Position numbers and translations under genes: made by a program. Below the pieces are notes generated by a model, which worked only from the letters and a program-made list of their open reading frames with translations, was not told the DNA's origin and ran no database searches. This document shows, piece after piece, positions 1-12,248 of a DNA stretch of 64,000 nucleotides. The number at the start of each line of letters is the position of its first letter. Within the stretch, counting starts at the first letter, position 1. The stretch is from Chrysomallon squamiferum. Its lineage: Eukaryota > Animalia > Mollusca. The stretch covers positions 5,332,001-5,396,000 of the forward strand of contig CM022666.1 in NCBI GenBank assembly GCA_012295275.1. Reading direction: 5' to 3'.

Positions 1-730
1 TACATTACATATTCACTGTACAGATTTACAGAACACAGACCATCAATAGTACATACATTACATATTCACTGTACAAAGAAAAGCCATTATCATTTAACAT
101 TAACTATGTTTACAACATCCACAGATGTACATGTTTAGGATATCAACTGCTCAAAATTATCTTTTCACATACAACATCTACAGCAGAACATCCATTGTGT
201 ACAGAACATCTACCATACAAGAACATTCACTGTACACTGAACATCTACTATACTTAAGCATCAATGTACAGTGTATACTGAACATTTGTACAAGATCACC
301 TTTTAACACAACACATAGTTTGTAGAACAACCACTGTATACAGAACATCCACTGCAGAAGAACACATATTGTACATAGAATATCAACCGTACTAGAGCAT
401 CCACTATACAACGAATATCCAGTGTACAAGAATATCCAGTAAAAAAAATAAAATTCTGAATAATGATGATGACAGTGAAAATTTGAATGATGATGTAGGA
501 TGATGACCATGACAACCTTTGTTCTTACTTATGAGAATGTAATATTTTTAGGTTTTAAATTAATTTCTTTTCATGCATATTTCATTGTCTGATCCTCGCT
601 GGCTTAAAAAAGTATTCTTAGCCTGACAAAAATCAGATCTGTTAAAAGATGAAAAGAGAGAAAGTAAAAAAAAAAGAATTAATTTCATAGAGTAAGTTTA
701 GTTCATATAATATGAAAGAAATAATTATTT

Positions 731-2185
731 GTTTATTTGTTCTGCATGAGAAACAAGTCAACTGTTGATCATTTCAGCTTGGAGGTCTATGAATCCGTTC
801 TGAAATTTAAAAAATATATATATTCAAATACACTGTATATTATACATCACAGTATGTCAGTTTTATAATATCATATACTGAATACATGATATTTGCTATA
901 GTGAATCTTTAATAGTATGTCCTTTGATTTGTAAATTACAGGATACATACTGTATTGTAAAGATCTTTACGGTTGCCGTACTGGAATAATAATGTATCAT
1001 TTGGTACATAATTTACATAGTATCTACTGCACTCTATTCATCTTTAATACTGTATATCTGGATATATGATATGTACTTTATTAATCTTTAATACTGTATC
1101 ACTGGATATATAAATTACATGGTATGTACTGCACTCTATTAATCTTTAAGTCTATGAATCCATTCTGAAATTTAAAAAAAATATATATTCAGATACACTG
1201 TATATTCTACATCACAGTATGTCAGTTTTATAATATCATACACTGAATATATGGTATTTGTTATGCTGAATCTTTAATATTATATCCTTTGATTTATAAA
1301 TTACATGATATGTACTGTAATAATTTTGTATATTATATCCTTGGATATACACATTAATGTACTCATTTATACTCTACACCACAGGACCTCACTTGTTTAT
1401 AAAATGATACACAGAATACATATTATTTGCAATACTGAATCTGTAATATTATATCTTTGAATATGTACTGTATTTCATTATACATTATTTAATACTATAT
1501 TCCTGGATATATAAATTACATGGAATAAACTGCACTCTATTAATCTTTAACAGCATATCTCTAGACGTATACATTACATGGTATGTACTGTACTTAATTA
1601 TATAATATTTAATACTGTCTCCCTGTAAATATAAACTACGTGATATGTAATGTACTGGAATAATACTGTATTCTGAATGTTTAAATTATATTATTCTGCA
1701 ATTTTTGTCTTATTTCTAGTTAAATATGGATTTAAAAAAAAAATCATCTAAAAAAGAAGTATGACAGTTTATTTTTTAAATTATTTAAAAATAAATAAAT
1801 AAACTCACAGATAGCACTTACCATATCGTGATGGAGACCCAGTCTTTTGAAACTTTGCTTCGTTAGTACAACCTCTGACACCAGTACACATAAACAAGGA
1901 GACACACAACTACAGTGACAACAGCATTTGGGATAAAAAGTGTTTAGACTACCTGGATGAAAATTGAAACTGAAACAAAATATTAACTGCGAAAAAAGTT
2001 CAACAACCATGATACAATAACAATAGTTATAAATAACAACAACAATAACAATAGTTATAAATAACAGCAACAATAATAACAATAATAATAATAATAATAT
2101 TACATTAACAACAATAGCAACAACAAGCATTTCTAGAGATGAAGTCCTTGAGTATGAAAGAGTTGTCTTCCTTAGTATTCTCTGA

Positions 2186-2217
<32 letters not shown>

Positions 2218-2438
2218 CGGAGACAGGTAAACGTAATACTCATCTGAATACAGAATTTCTTAACACCTAGTCGAATATTTTCAAACAGAGGTTTAGGTTT
2301 TTCAGTTTCCTGTCTCAATACATCATCATCACCTTCATCATCAGCTGTCAAGATAATTCATAGTTTGTATTATAGAAATACTGGATGGCTAATAGTGTAT
2401 GTAAATAAACAATTAAACAACAACAATAACAAGAACTA

Positions 2439-2470
<32 letters not shown>

Positions 2471-2501
2471 ACCACCATTAATAATAAATAATAATAATAA
2501 C

Positions 2502-2549
<48 letters not shown>

Positions 2550-3371
2550 TAATAAAATAATAATAAATAATAATAATAACAATAATAATAATAATAGAAG
2601 TATTAGTAGTGGTAGTACTAGTAGTTGGTTTTGTTGCAATAATAGTGGTAGTATCTGTAATAATAATAATTAGAAAATTAATAGTAGTAGTACTAGAAGT
2701 AATAGTAATAATAGTAGTGGCCCTAGTCATAATAACAACAGTAGTAGTAATAATAGTAATAGCAGTAGTAGTGTAGCAGTAGAAATAGTAGTAATAGTAT
2801 TAGTACTAGTTTTAGTAATAACAGTATTTGCAGTAATAATGAGAATGATCAAATTACGTATTAAAATAACTGATATAAAAATTAATTTAACAATATAACA
2901 AATAAAACCTAATTAATTTTATTTAAATGTTAACCTGCTATTATTAGTAGTACTTTGTAAATATTGTTGTTGTTGTTGTTATGATGATGATGATCATCAT
3001 CATCGTTATTATTATTATTATTATTATTAAAAAATTAATTTATATATCTTTGACCTACTAATCATACACGATATGTGTTACAGCTTCTATAAACATTTAA
3101 ATATCTTTAATTAATTACTAATAATAATATGCACTGAAGTGTCCATAAACAAATAATTAATTACCTGTTTCCTTATAATCCACATACTCAGGTACCCGTA
3201 CAGGAGAAGCTTAGCGAACGAGATTGTCTTGGCCATCCGATGAGCAAACAACAAAATATCAACCACAACCATCAAACCGAATATCACACAGAACGCTGTC
3301 ACTGAATTTCTCTTCACTCCACTTTGACGTTTTCGCTGTTTGGCAGCATGGATTATCTCCCCTTGACTTGA
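731..3371 (-). pseudogene. Pseudogenised four-exon fragment of a multi-pass membrane protein gene, copy 1 (exons a 3371-3165, b 2344-2244, c 1952-1822, d 799-~731)
   Basis: GC-richer blocks bounded by splice signals. Exon a encodes a TM helix (TAFCVIFGLMVVVDILLF) and probably carries a 1-bp deletion. Exon b has its donor mutated GT>AT. Exon c has a stop codon and a 4-bp deletion relative to the 44744-44878 copy. Exon d is truncated. Confidence 0.7.
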
Positions 3372-3744
3372 CTTGAAGAGAGGTGAGAACAAGTGATTGT
3401 GAAAGACAATATTTAGTTTTCAAAAGTTTTGTTATGACACAACTAAATTCCTGATATAACAAATAGATTAGAGAAACAAATCTCTGTACACATACGAACA
3501 TAATATTTCAGAGAATTAGATGTATTTGTGAATATAAAACAGTTGATATCAAATGAATTTTTGTTATATGTCTGTGTGCAAAAAATTGATGAAGATGTGC
3601 CAATAGTGATCCCAACCCCCACCGATTCATTTTCTTCAAAAATTACGTGAAGAAAATATCAGGCTTTAAAATGTTGTTTTTGTCTTGTTTTTCTTCAAAA
3701 ATTATTCTTAGCCTGACAAAACAGATCTGTTAAAGGATGAAAAT

Positions 3745-3784
<40 letters not shown>

Positions 3785-4338
3785 AAAATAAATAGTTTCA
3801 TGGAATAAGTTCTTATATATATATATATATATATATATATGGTATATATACATATAATTATAAAAATAAATATATCAACATAAATATATCAACATTGTTT
3901 ATACAACACAAAACTAACAAAAATGAATTAAATCGAAGTAAACCTTTATTAGAAAAATACAAATACAAATATTTGATTATTATTATTATATCTGTTTCAA
4001 TAATAAATTTTTACTTCAGAGATAAAAATTCTATTATTAAAACCTGATGCAAAACAATGAAAAAGAAGAGACAATAAATTATTTTATAAATAAAATAAAT
4101 TGACCAAACAAAATTTCTAGCGTTGCGGTTCATAACTGATTGAAATTTATTGCAAAGGCATCGAAAAACTTGTTGACCCTTGGAAAGACGTGGTAAATAA
4201 AAACAGGGAATACATTACTGATTAAATTACATCTTGTTATCAGTTAAGCTCAAATTTTCTTATATATAATTTAATTTAACCACAATGACTTATTCCTCAA
4301 TATTTATTGTTAGAAAAATAAATAAATAATCTTAAGAA

Positions 4339-4382
<44 letters not shown>

Positions 4383-4733
4383 TTTAAAAATATAGTGTTA
4401 TTATTGCATCCGTTCTATTGCAAATGGCGTTCTTATCCTAGTTATTCTGTCGTTAAGAACCCGACTAGCATTTTTCATTTTCTTTTTTGAAAGTAAAGAT
4501 ATTTATTTATAGCAATAATAATGCATTCATAAGGATAACAACAGTCTGTAATTAATATTGTTAAACTGAATTTATAATAGTAATAACAGTCTATTGTAAT
4601 ACTGTAATATTGCATTGATAATAATAATAGCAGTCTATTAGTAATACTGTAATATTGCATTAGCATTAATACGTTTTTATTCAAAATACTGGCAAGAATT
4701 CAATTGGAGTATCAAAAATGTTTTAAATAATAA

Positions 4734-4787
<54 letters not shown>

Positions 4788-5105
4788 AAAATGATAATAA
4801 GTAAAGTAATAAAGTAATAGTAATAATAAAAATAATTTGCAATAATTCAAAACAATAGTATCACAGCCATTTTCTTTTGTTTTATAATTCCACTGAAGAC
4901 TATAAAGGCTGATCCAATCACAAACAAATAATAATAAGGCCCCCGCTGAAGACTATAAAGGAAGATGAAAGAAATATAAACATTTCATGGTAAAGTTAGA
5001 ATAAAATAGTAGTTTGATGTACTCATGTCGCCGAGTAGTGTCTTTCTATCACAGCACAAACAAATTATATATCAACAGTTATAACTGATGCCTCTCGAAA
5101 CAGTT

Positions 5106-5838
5106 TTACAGCATATACAGGCCAAAGTAGCTCTTCTCAGGATCTCTCAAAATTCTGTTCACAACTGATGCTCTCACCACTACAGTGTCATTGGCTTTCA
5201 GGTAGTAAACAGCTCCAATGTAGGAAGCAACAAAACCTTCCTGGTATCTTCTTACTTTGCATGTTGTTTGAGGATTTCTGTAGAGGACATCATAATTTGG
5301 ATATTTTTCAATTGAGTGACACAGCCTAGCGTATTCAAGCTCTGTGACTTGGTTGGCATCGAATAAAACGTTGCTGTATATGAAGTAGTAAGCAGAGTGT
5401 TTTACTTGAATCCCGTCAGCGACAACAGCAGCAGCTCCTTTTACAAACGATCTTTTACCAGACGACGTCCATTTGATCAAAGGCTTTGGGTTCTCTGAAA
5501 CGTTTGTAAGAAGAAATGATTTTTAAACAATATTTTTATTTTTAATTGTCAACATTTGTAGTTAGTATTACTAATATAGTTCTATAGCTACTACGAACTC
5601 ATGCTATTAACTACTTTACTACCATCATTGATATTATCACTAGTAACACTGCTGGTACTATTGTTATAAGAATTACTACTATCATTTCCTAACCACTACT
5701 AATAAGTAAGTGATAACTGCAACTACTACTTTTACCAGACCAACTTCTATTTTACTACTGCCACATTTATTATCAAATCAGATCTTTTAACTGAGTACTA
5801 CTACTCTACTACGACTGCTACTACTACTTATACTACTA

Positions 5839-5900
<62 letters not shown>

Positions 5901-6208
5901 GCTACTACTATTTGTTTTCTTACTTTTGTCATATGTTGCATTCACTTCCATTTGTAGATGAGCCGATGTCTTCACATTGTTTTTATTATTCAGACGATCA
6001 GCGACCTCTCTGATCTGTTTAAGTTTCTGTTCTGCAATATGTATAAGGACACACATACACAAACACAAACACACATATATATATATATACATATATTGAT
6101 ACGTGTATAAATACATAGATACATATGTACATAGACTCGTACACATATTTATATAACCTAAATTCAGAACATCAGCGACATATCTGATCTGCTTAAGTTT
6201 TTGTTCTG

Positions 6209-6252
<44 letters not shown>

Positions 6253-7084
6253 CTATACATGTATATGTACATACACTCGTACACACATACGCACATACAT
6301 ATACATACAAATACATAATTATAAAAACTTTTGTAGATATTTAAATATGTGTGTCTATGTTAACTTACCACTTTTCTCAGCTTTTGTTTGACTTTCAATC
6401 AGTTTCTAAAAAGAATATTATTAACCAGTTTGAAGTTTATCCACAATAATCACTTCTAAATTCAAAAATATTTTTTAGGACAATGAATTTCTCCTTTTCA
6501 TAACGCCAATATTATTAAATGTAGTTGAATCTTTTTTTATAATGAATGAATTTAACGTTTTAATATCCTTATATAGAATTTATCTCTATCTTAATTTCAT
6601 ATCTACATAAAACTTTTTTCTTTTTGTCTTTCTTTTTTCTTTTTCTATTTTTTCTTTTTTTTTAATTTCATTTATAATGAACTTAAATTTGTTTTATTTT
6701 TATACAGAACTTGCCTATTTCTTAATTTCATTCCCAAATTTTATTTTATAATTATTTTTTGAACTTTTTTTTTGTATAAAATGTATTTATGGAATTTTTC
6801 TCAGATTTTAATAAATTATTTACCTTTTTCATAATTTCTCTGATCACTTTTTCTCCATCACTGTAACAGCAATAAATGATATTGTTCCTGGTTCTCTTCG
6901 TAGATTTGTCATCACAACAGTTTTCTCCTCGTTTGCACGAGATTTTCACACACAGTTCCTCCTCAACCAAGAAATTGCTTTCACTATTCGGAAATTTTTT
7001 TAATGTTACAGATACAATGAAACTGATGAGTATCAAGCTTAGCATCATAAGAGAAATGACAATGACTGCACGAATTGGTACCAT
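5106..7084 (-). CDS. TNF-superfamily ligand, copy A (type II membrane protein, 264 aa; coding exons 7084-6824, 6405-6369, 6031-5924, 5494-5106)
   Basis: Four exons with canonical GT-AG sites and matching phases (0,1,1) total 795 nt. The protein has an N-terminal hydrophobic anchor (AVIVISLMMLSLILISFIVSV), a Cys-rich stalk, then TNF-homology-domain motifs SAHLQ, IKW, GIQVKHSAYYFIYSNVLF, SYIGAVYYLKANDTVVV and terminal YFGLYML. There is an in-frame stop upstream of the ATG. Confidence 0.92.
6158..6205 (-). other. Partial duplicate of TNF exon 3 inside intron 2 of copy A (possible 48-nt cassette exon)
   Basis: tttcag|AACAAAAACTTAAGCAGATCAGATATGTCGCTGATGTTCTGAATTTAG|gttata encodes (E)QKLKQIRYVADVLNL, which parallels true exon 3 (E)QKLKQIREVADRLNN; phase 1-1. 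Confidence 0.6.
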
Positions 7085-7424
7085 TTTGTGTAACAACTTT
7101 TAATTCCTTTAGAAGTAGTCTGTAAAACACAACCATAAGAAAAACAGTTGTGAGTAGTAATAAATAATACCAAGATAAATACGCAAATACAATATACACA
7201 TTTATATATATAACATTATTCCAGCAAAAAATAAAATAAAAAAAATACACACAAATAAAACATTTTTAACGAATGGTTAAATAAATAAATAACATAATAA
7301 CTATTACCAAGACAAATTCACTAACAATATACACACGTACATATATTTCTATAAAACATTCTTTCAAAGAAAAAAAAATAATACCAAGATATATTTACAT
7401 CGATAATATACCTATGTGATATCA

Positions 7425-7503
<79 letters not shown>

Positions 7504-7611
7504 TGCGAGGCTTGATTTATCAATTTTCAGTGGATGACTTGTATATAAATGCTCTGAATATAAATACTCACCACTGAAATCCAATATGACAGCACAGCTA
7601 TGTCTAATGGT

Positions 7612-8378
7612 TAGGGTTTGCAAATTACCTATATCATCAATACCGGTAAATTACCGACAGATATTCTCGATACCGGTTTTCACCGGTTTTAGTCAGTTTG
7701 TGCATAGGAAAAGCTACTTACGGAGGGCTCTTGTGGACACTGTTTTTTCTTAGACAAACTCATTTTATTTATTATTTGACACTCATCTGACAACATTATT
7801 CATTATCCTCCTTTTCCTACCTGTCTTCAGATTAAATCGTGAAATGAACCTTTATAGAACTTAAAATGGGTACAAAAGGTATATAAGAAATGTACATGCA
7901 ATAAAAAAAACAAGAATAAATGTGGATTCGAATTTTATAAAAAGGAAACAAGGAAATTACGTATATTATCCAAAATGTACATCATATGTTTTGCAACTTT
8001 TGAGAAGTTCTTATTCATTCCTCGATACTCGAGAAGTATGACTTTAAAAAACACAAAACATCTAGTGTCTTGGGCGACAACCGAGAAGCAGGAGCCAATC
8101 CCTTATCACTAGTCGCCAAAATGACTTAGCATGGCACACATGTCAGCAATCAAACAGGTAAACGTGGAACTTTAAACAGACGAGCTTCGAACTCGCATCT
8201 GAAGGCAAGCTAGCAACACCCGAGTAACTAACATAATCTTATGTTAACAACTAACATATTTCTTAACATAAACTCGTTAAAAGTTAGAAAACCGGTATCG
8301 GTGCTTCGGTAACGTTATTACCCATCAATTACTAAAACCTGTATTTACAGGTATTTAAATACCGGTTTTCGAACCCTA
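7612..8378. mobile_element. Non-autonomous hAT-like DNA transposon (767 bp) in the putative 5' UTR intron of TNF copy A
   Basis: Termini TAGGGTT...AACCCTA; 8-bp near-identical TSD ctaatggt (7604-7611) / ctaatgga (8379-8386); clustered ACCG/CCGGT subterminal motifs at both ends; empty homologous site in copy C at ~19895-19920. Confidence 0.85.
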
Positions 8379-9563
8379 CTAATGGAGCAGATAATCCTCC
8401 TGATGAAGACCTTGGTGTCTGATGAGTGTAAAGAGGAGAGTTTTTCATCCGAAATTATTTATATCACTGGAAAGACGTGGAAATTAAAAAAAATAATAAT
8501 AATAATAATAATAAGAATAAGAAATAAAAAAAAAATTCTCAACACAAATGTATAGGGAAAAGTGTGACGGTAGACTTGCAATCAAACATGTAACTTTCTA
8601 AGAAAGAAAACAATTTATAAAAGTAAGAGAAAAACAGCTCGAGGTAACATAATGTGTCAAAACGTGCAATAAACATTCAGTGCCCTGACGTGGAATAAAT
8701 ATCCAATCAAGTGGCAGTATTTTGATCACGTGACTAACCAAGACGATGGTGGCTTGTTTGAAGTCTCTACTGCCAAATCATCTTATTTTTCCAAGAAGTT
8801 GGAAAACAGTTCGCGCTCGAACTATGAATGTATATAACCTATGAAGATATTGTTAAATCACTAAAATGTGGTTTTATTCTGAAAAACTTAAAAACGAACA
8901 ACAGCACTCGGTGAACTCGGGTAGGGCTTAATGGCGGAAAGTTCGATGTTCTCGTAAACCAGCGGAGATCAGATTTCACAAGCAAGAAGGAAAATACCTT
9001 GACTAAACTACTGTCAAAGTTTGAATAACACATTTAATCACCTTCGTAGGCAGATCGCCTTGTTTTAGAAACATTTCTCAAGAAAATTTTACTCGGATGA
9101 AAACAAAACATTTGTAGGCGATCTCATGGCCTCATTCTGGATATGTGCTCTCTTTGCTGACATTGCATCATCCTCGAAATACCACGTCCCGGACAAGGTC
9201 GATCACGTGCACTTTGCAGATTTTCGAGATTTCTGCAAAATAACCGAGTGCTGTATTTTCTGTGGCTCCCATTATACTTATCTGCCAACGCATGTGCAAC
9301 GTGACCTTCGTCCTTATCGCGAGATTTAGTTTTTTTTCAAGTTGGTGTAATATCACGTAATATAATATTATACAAATGAATGTAGAGCGTGCAAAAATCT
9401 TATACCTCATAGTGAAATAATAATTTTAAACAAATATATAAAACCTATGAAATAAGTAAAACATTTACTTACTGACCTAAATTAGGCTGCCGCTGAGTTC
9501 ACACTCGAGACTTTGAAGAAAACGTATTATATTCTAATGTGTTCACTTTTTATTGGCTACTAA

Positions 9564-9883
9564 GATTTCCGAGAAATAATAAGATACTGGTCTTTCCACC
9601 CAAGGTATAAATAGATGTTACCTCAGCCGTATTACTGATAGACGGATTCACAAAGTATGAATGCATAATAAATAAATAAATAAATAAACTTTAAAGCAGA
9701 TGTTCGTTCAGTTCATCGATAAACTCATTCAACAACAAAAACAGCAAATGTATTTATTTATAATAATAAACATCCATTCATACAATCCGCCTATTAGTAA
9801 TACGGTTGACTGACAACTATTTATAGCTAGGGTGGAAAACCCAGTTCCCGAAGTAAATGAATATTCATTACTTCTCGGAAATC
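9564..9883. repeat. Imperfect inverted repeat (arms ~9564-9670 and ~9770-9883)
   Basis: gatttccgagaa...ctggtctttccaccc...tataaatag...ccgtattactgatagacggatt is the reverse complement of aatccgcctattagtaatacgg...ctatttata...gggtggaaaacccag...ttctcggaaatc. Confidence 0.8.
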
Positions 9884-12248
9884 CTCAAGGTGAAAAAAAC
9901 AAGCCAACAACATAACGTTAATATGTTGTTATTTGAAATACTGGCAACTGTCTAAAGAATCTTATTTGAGTATCAGAAACGTTTTAAATAATAAATATAT
10001 GAATGGGTAAATATGTCTGTTTATGTGTTAATTGACAAAAATATAATCTCTGTTTATATGGACCAAAATAAATAAATAAATAAATAAATAAATAGCAATA
10101 ACAACAACAATAATAATTAAAACAAACAAATATAATAATTAATAAAATAAAATAATTTTTTCATTTAATTTAACAAATATTTCCAAAATAGTAAAAAATC
10201 AGAAACAAACACACAACTAAAAAATAATAATATATATATTATATAAAAGCATGGCTGAGATTATCTCCTCAAAGTATATATGATTCAAAAACAAGTTTCT
10301 AAAATTTATATCATATAATACTGAACATTTTTAATAATAATTATATAGCACTATTAAAACACTGCATAAATTTCATTATTACATGATTGCTGCAATGTTA
10401 AAACTGGAACCCAAAAAGTAGCTAAACAGAAAAGAAAACAACAACAAAAATTAAACACTTTTATATAACCTTTTAAAATCTGTTCAAGAAAAATAACAAC
10501 AAATCATAGCAAACTATATTTAGTGAAACTCCTGGTTTCAAGCAATGACAGAAATGGATTTAAGGAACCAGGAATACGCTAAGGTCAGCTGGGTTTAGAG
10601 GGCGTGGACACTATCAGCCCCTCAGTGAAAATATTTTGTACTCTGAAAATGCAGCTTGTTATTGGAGACAAGTAACACAAAATTATCTATTACTTGTTAT
10701 TATTCATGACTCTCAGGATCCAGTGGTACAAATCAGTCCTGGTCAGAGAGCATGGTTTTGTCAACTGATCGCTCATTTCACAAGGAAAATTATTTTTTTT
10801 TTTTCCTCATATAATCAGATGAATAAATTAGAAACTGATCTTACTATTTTTATAAATTTGAAATTATTTATATGTCAGACTGTTGAATATGCATCTGCAG
10901 TTTAAAGGAAATACATACACGGATCATATTCATACTGAACACATCAAGTTTTTCAAGTATTAATTGTTATGGGTGTTTTGTCTTTCTAATTATTTGATAA
11001 AATACAAGGGCAGCAGCCGGTGTCAATCATGTTGATATCAATAATAACAAACCAAGACTTCAGTATTTTTATAGAAAAGTCTTTTTTATCGAAGAGAGAG
11101 AGAGAGAAAAAAATGTTCACTTTCTCCAAAGCAGATCTTACTCGTATGTTTAATCTGTGGTGAAAATGTTGATTAATGGAATTTTATCAGGATTTTTTTG
11201 TTTTTTTTATGATGAGCAATGTTCCCATCCGGACCTTTTGTTTATGACAAACTATTTATAGACTGGATGGAAATCTCATTTCTTGAAGAATTTTAGTTAT
11301 TACTTATCAGAAACCTTAATCTAAAGAAACACACACACACATATTTCTTAAATAACATTATAACCGTATGCTTTTTATTTGCAAATGGCAGTCATGACCT
11401 AGTTATTGTTTTGTTAAGGAACCCATCTAGCATTTCATTTTTAAAAATTTTAGAATGATATTTGTGTTCATTATCAACAACATCAGCAATAGAATAATGC
11501 ATTACTACTTTCTGATTCCGTGTGTTAACAATAGGGATAATGTTTTCTCTCGGTAAAAGCTTCGACTACTGATTGTGACGAGCTATTTCTGAGTGGAAAG
11601 CTCAGATCTTGAAGAAATATTTATTCTCCAAAATTCTTAAAGGGACTCCCTCCACCTCATTGTTAATATACTGTTATTCAAAATACATGTATCGACAAAA
11701 AGTCTAAAAAAATGTATTACAATTATAAAAAACAACATATTAAACCATATTCCAATAATATAATTAATTATTAATGTAAGAAGTATAAAAATAAATACAA
11801 AATGTTAAACATACCACCTTTATTTAAAAAAAAACCAAAACATTAAATCGAATTAAATCTTTATTTGATTATTATTATTATATCTGTTTTAATAATAAAT
11901 TATCTTTCTTCAGACAAAAAAGTTCTTTAGTAAAAACTGATACAAAACCATAAAAAAAAGAAGCGTAAGTAAAATAATTTTATAAATAAAATACCTATTT
12001 ACAATTAGAAAAATAAACAAATAAATAAAGTAATACAGTAATAAAGTAATAACAATAATATGCAAAATTAAAAACATTAGCATCAGAACAATTTTCAGTA
12101 TAAGATGATGAATTAGGACTGCTTGGTTGGAGAAAATTGTATAAATTATATTTTGAAATATATATTAACATCACAAACAAGCAGTCACAAAAAAGTAATA
12201 CAGAAAATTATACATTAACAGTTATAATTGAGGCCTCTCGAAACGATT

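Noticed and set aside
2413-2730. Poly-Y/S/T/N, (ER)n, (CV)n, (LS)n, (IY)n and (HT)n ORFs here and throughout the track
   Set aside because: They are translations of microsatellites.
4200-5105. AU-rich elements and poly(A) signals in TNF 3' UTRs
   Set aside because: ATTTA and AATAAA are too frequent at this AT content to be informative.
5106-5480. Treating the 124-aa ORFs as standalone single-exon genes, or assigning a vertebrate symbol such as TNFSF10 or FASLG
   Set aside because: They begin at TTG inside a spliced exon, and orthology cannot be established without a phylogeny.
6885-6905. KRTR as a furin shedding site
   Set aside because: It is not a canonical R-X-X-R, it lies inside the Cys module, and copy D reads TRTR.
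6876-7103. Conserved plus-strand ORFs MILFLVLFVDLSSQQFSP... (also 13868, 19197, 51342) and 12137-12490, 49691-49906
   Set aside because: They are antisense shadows of the TNF exons; their conservation is explained by the sense gene.
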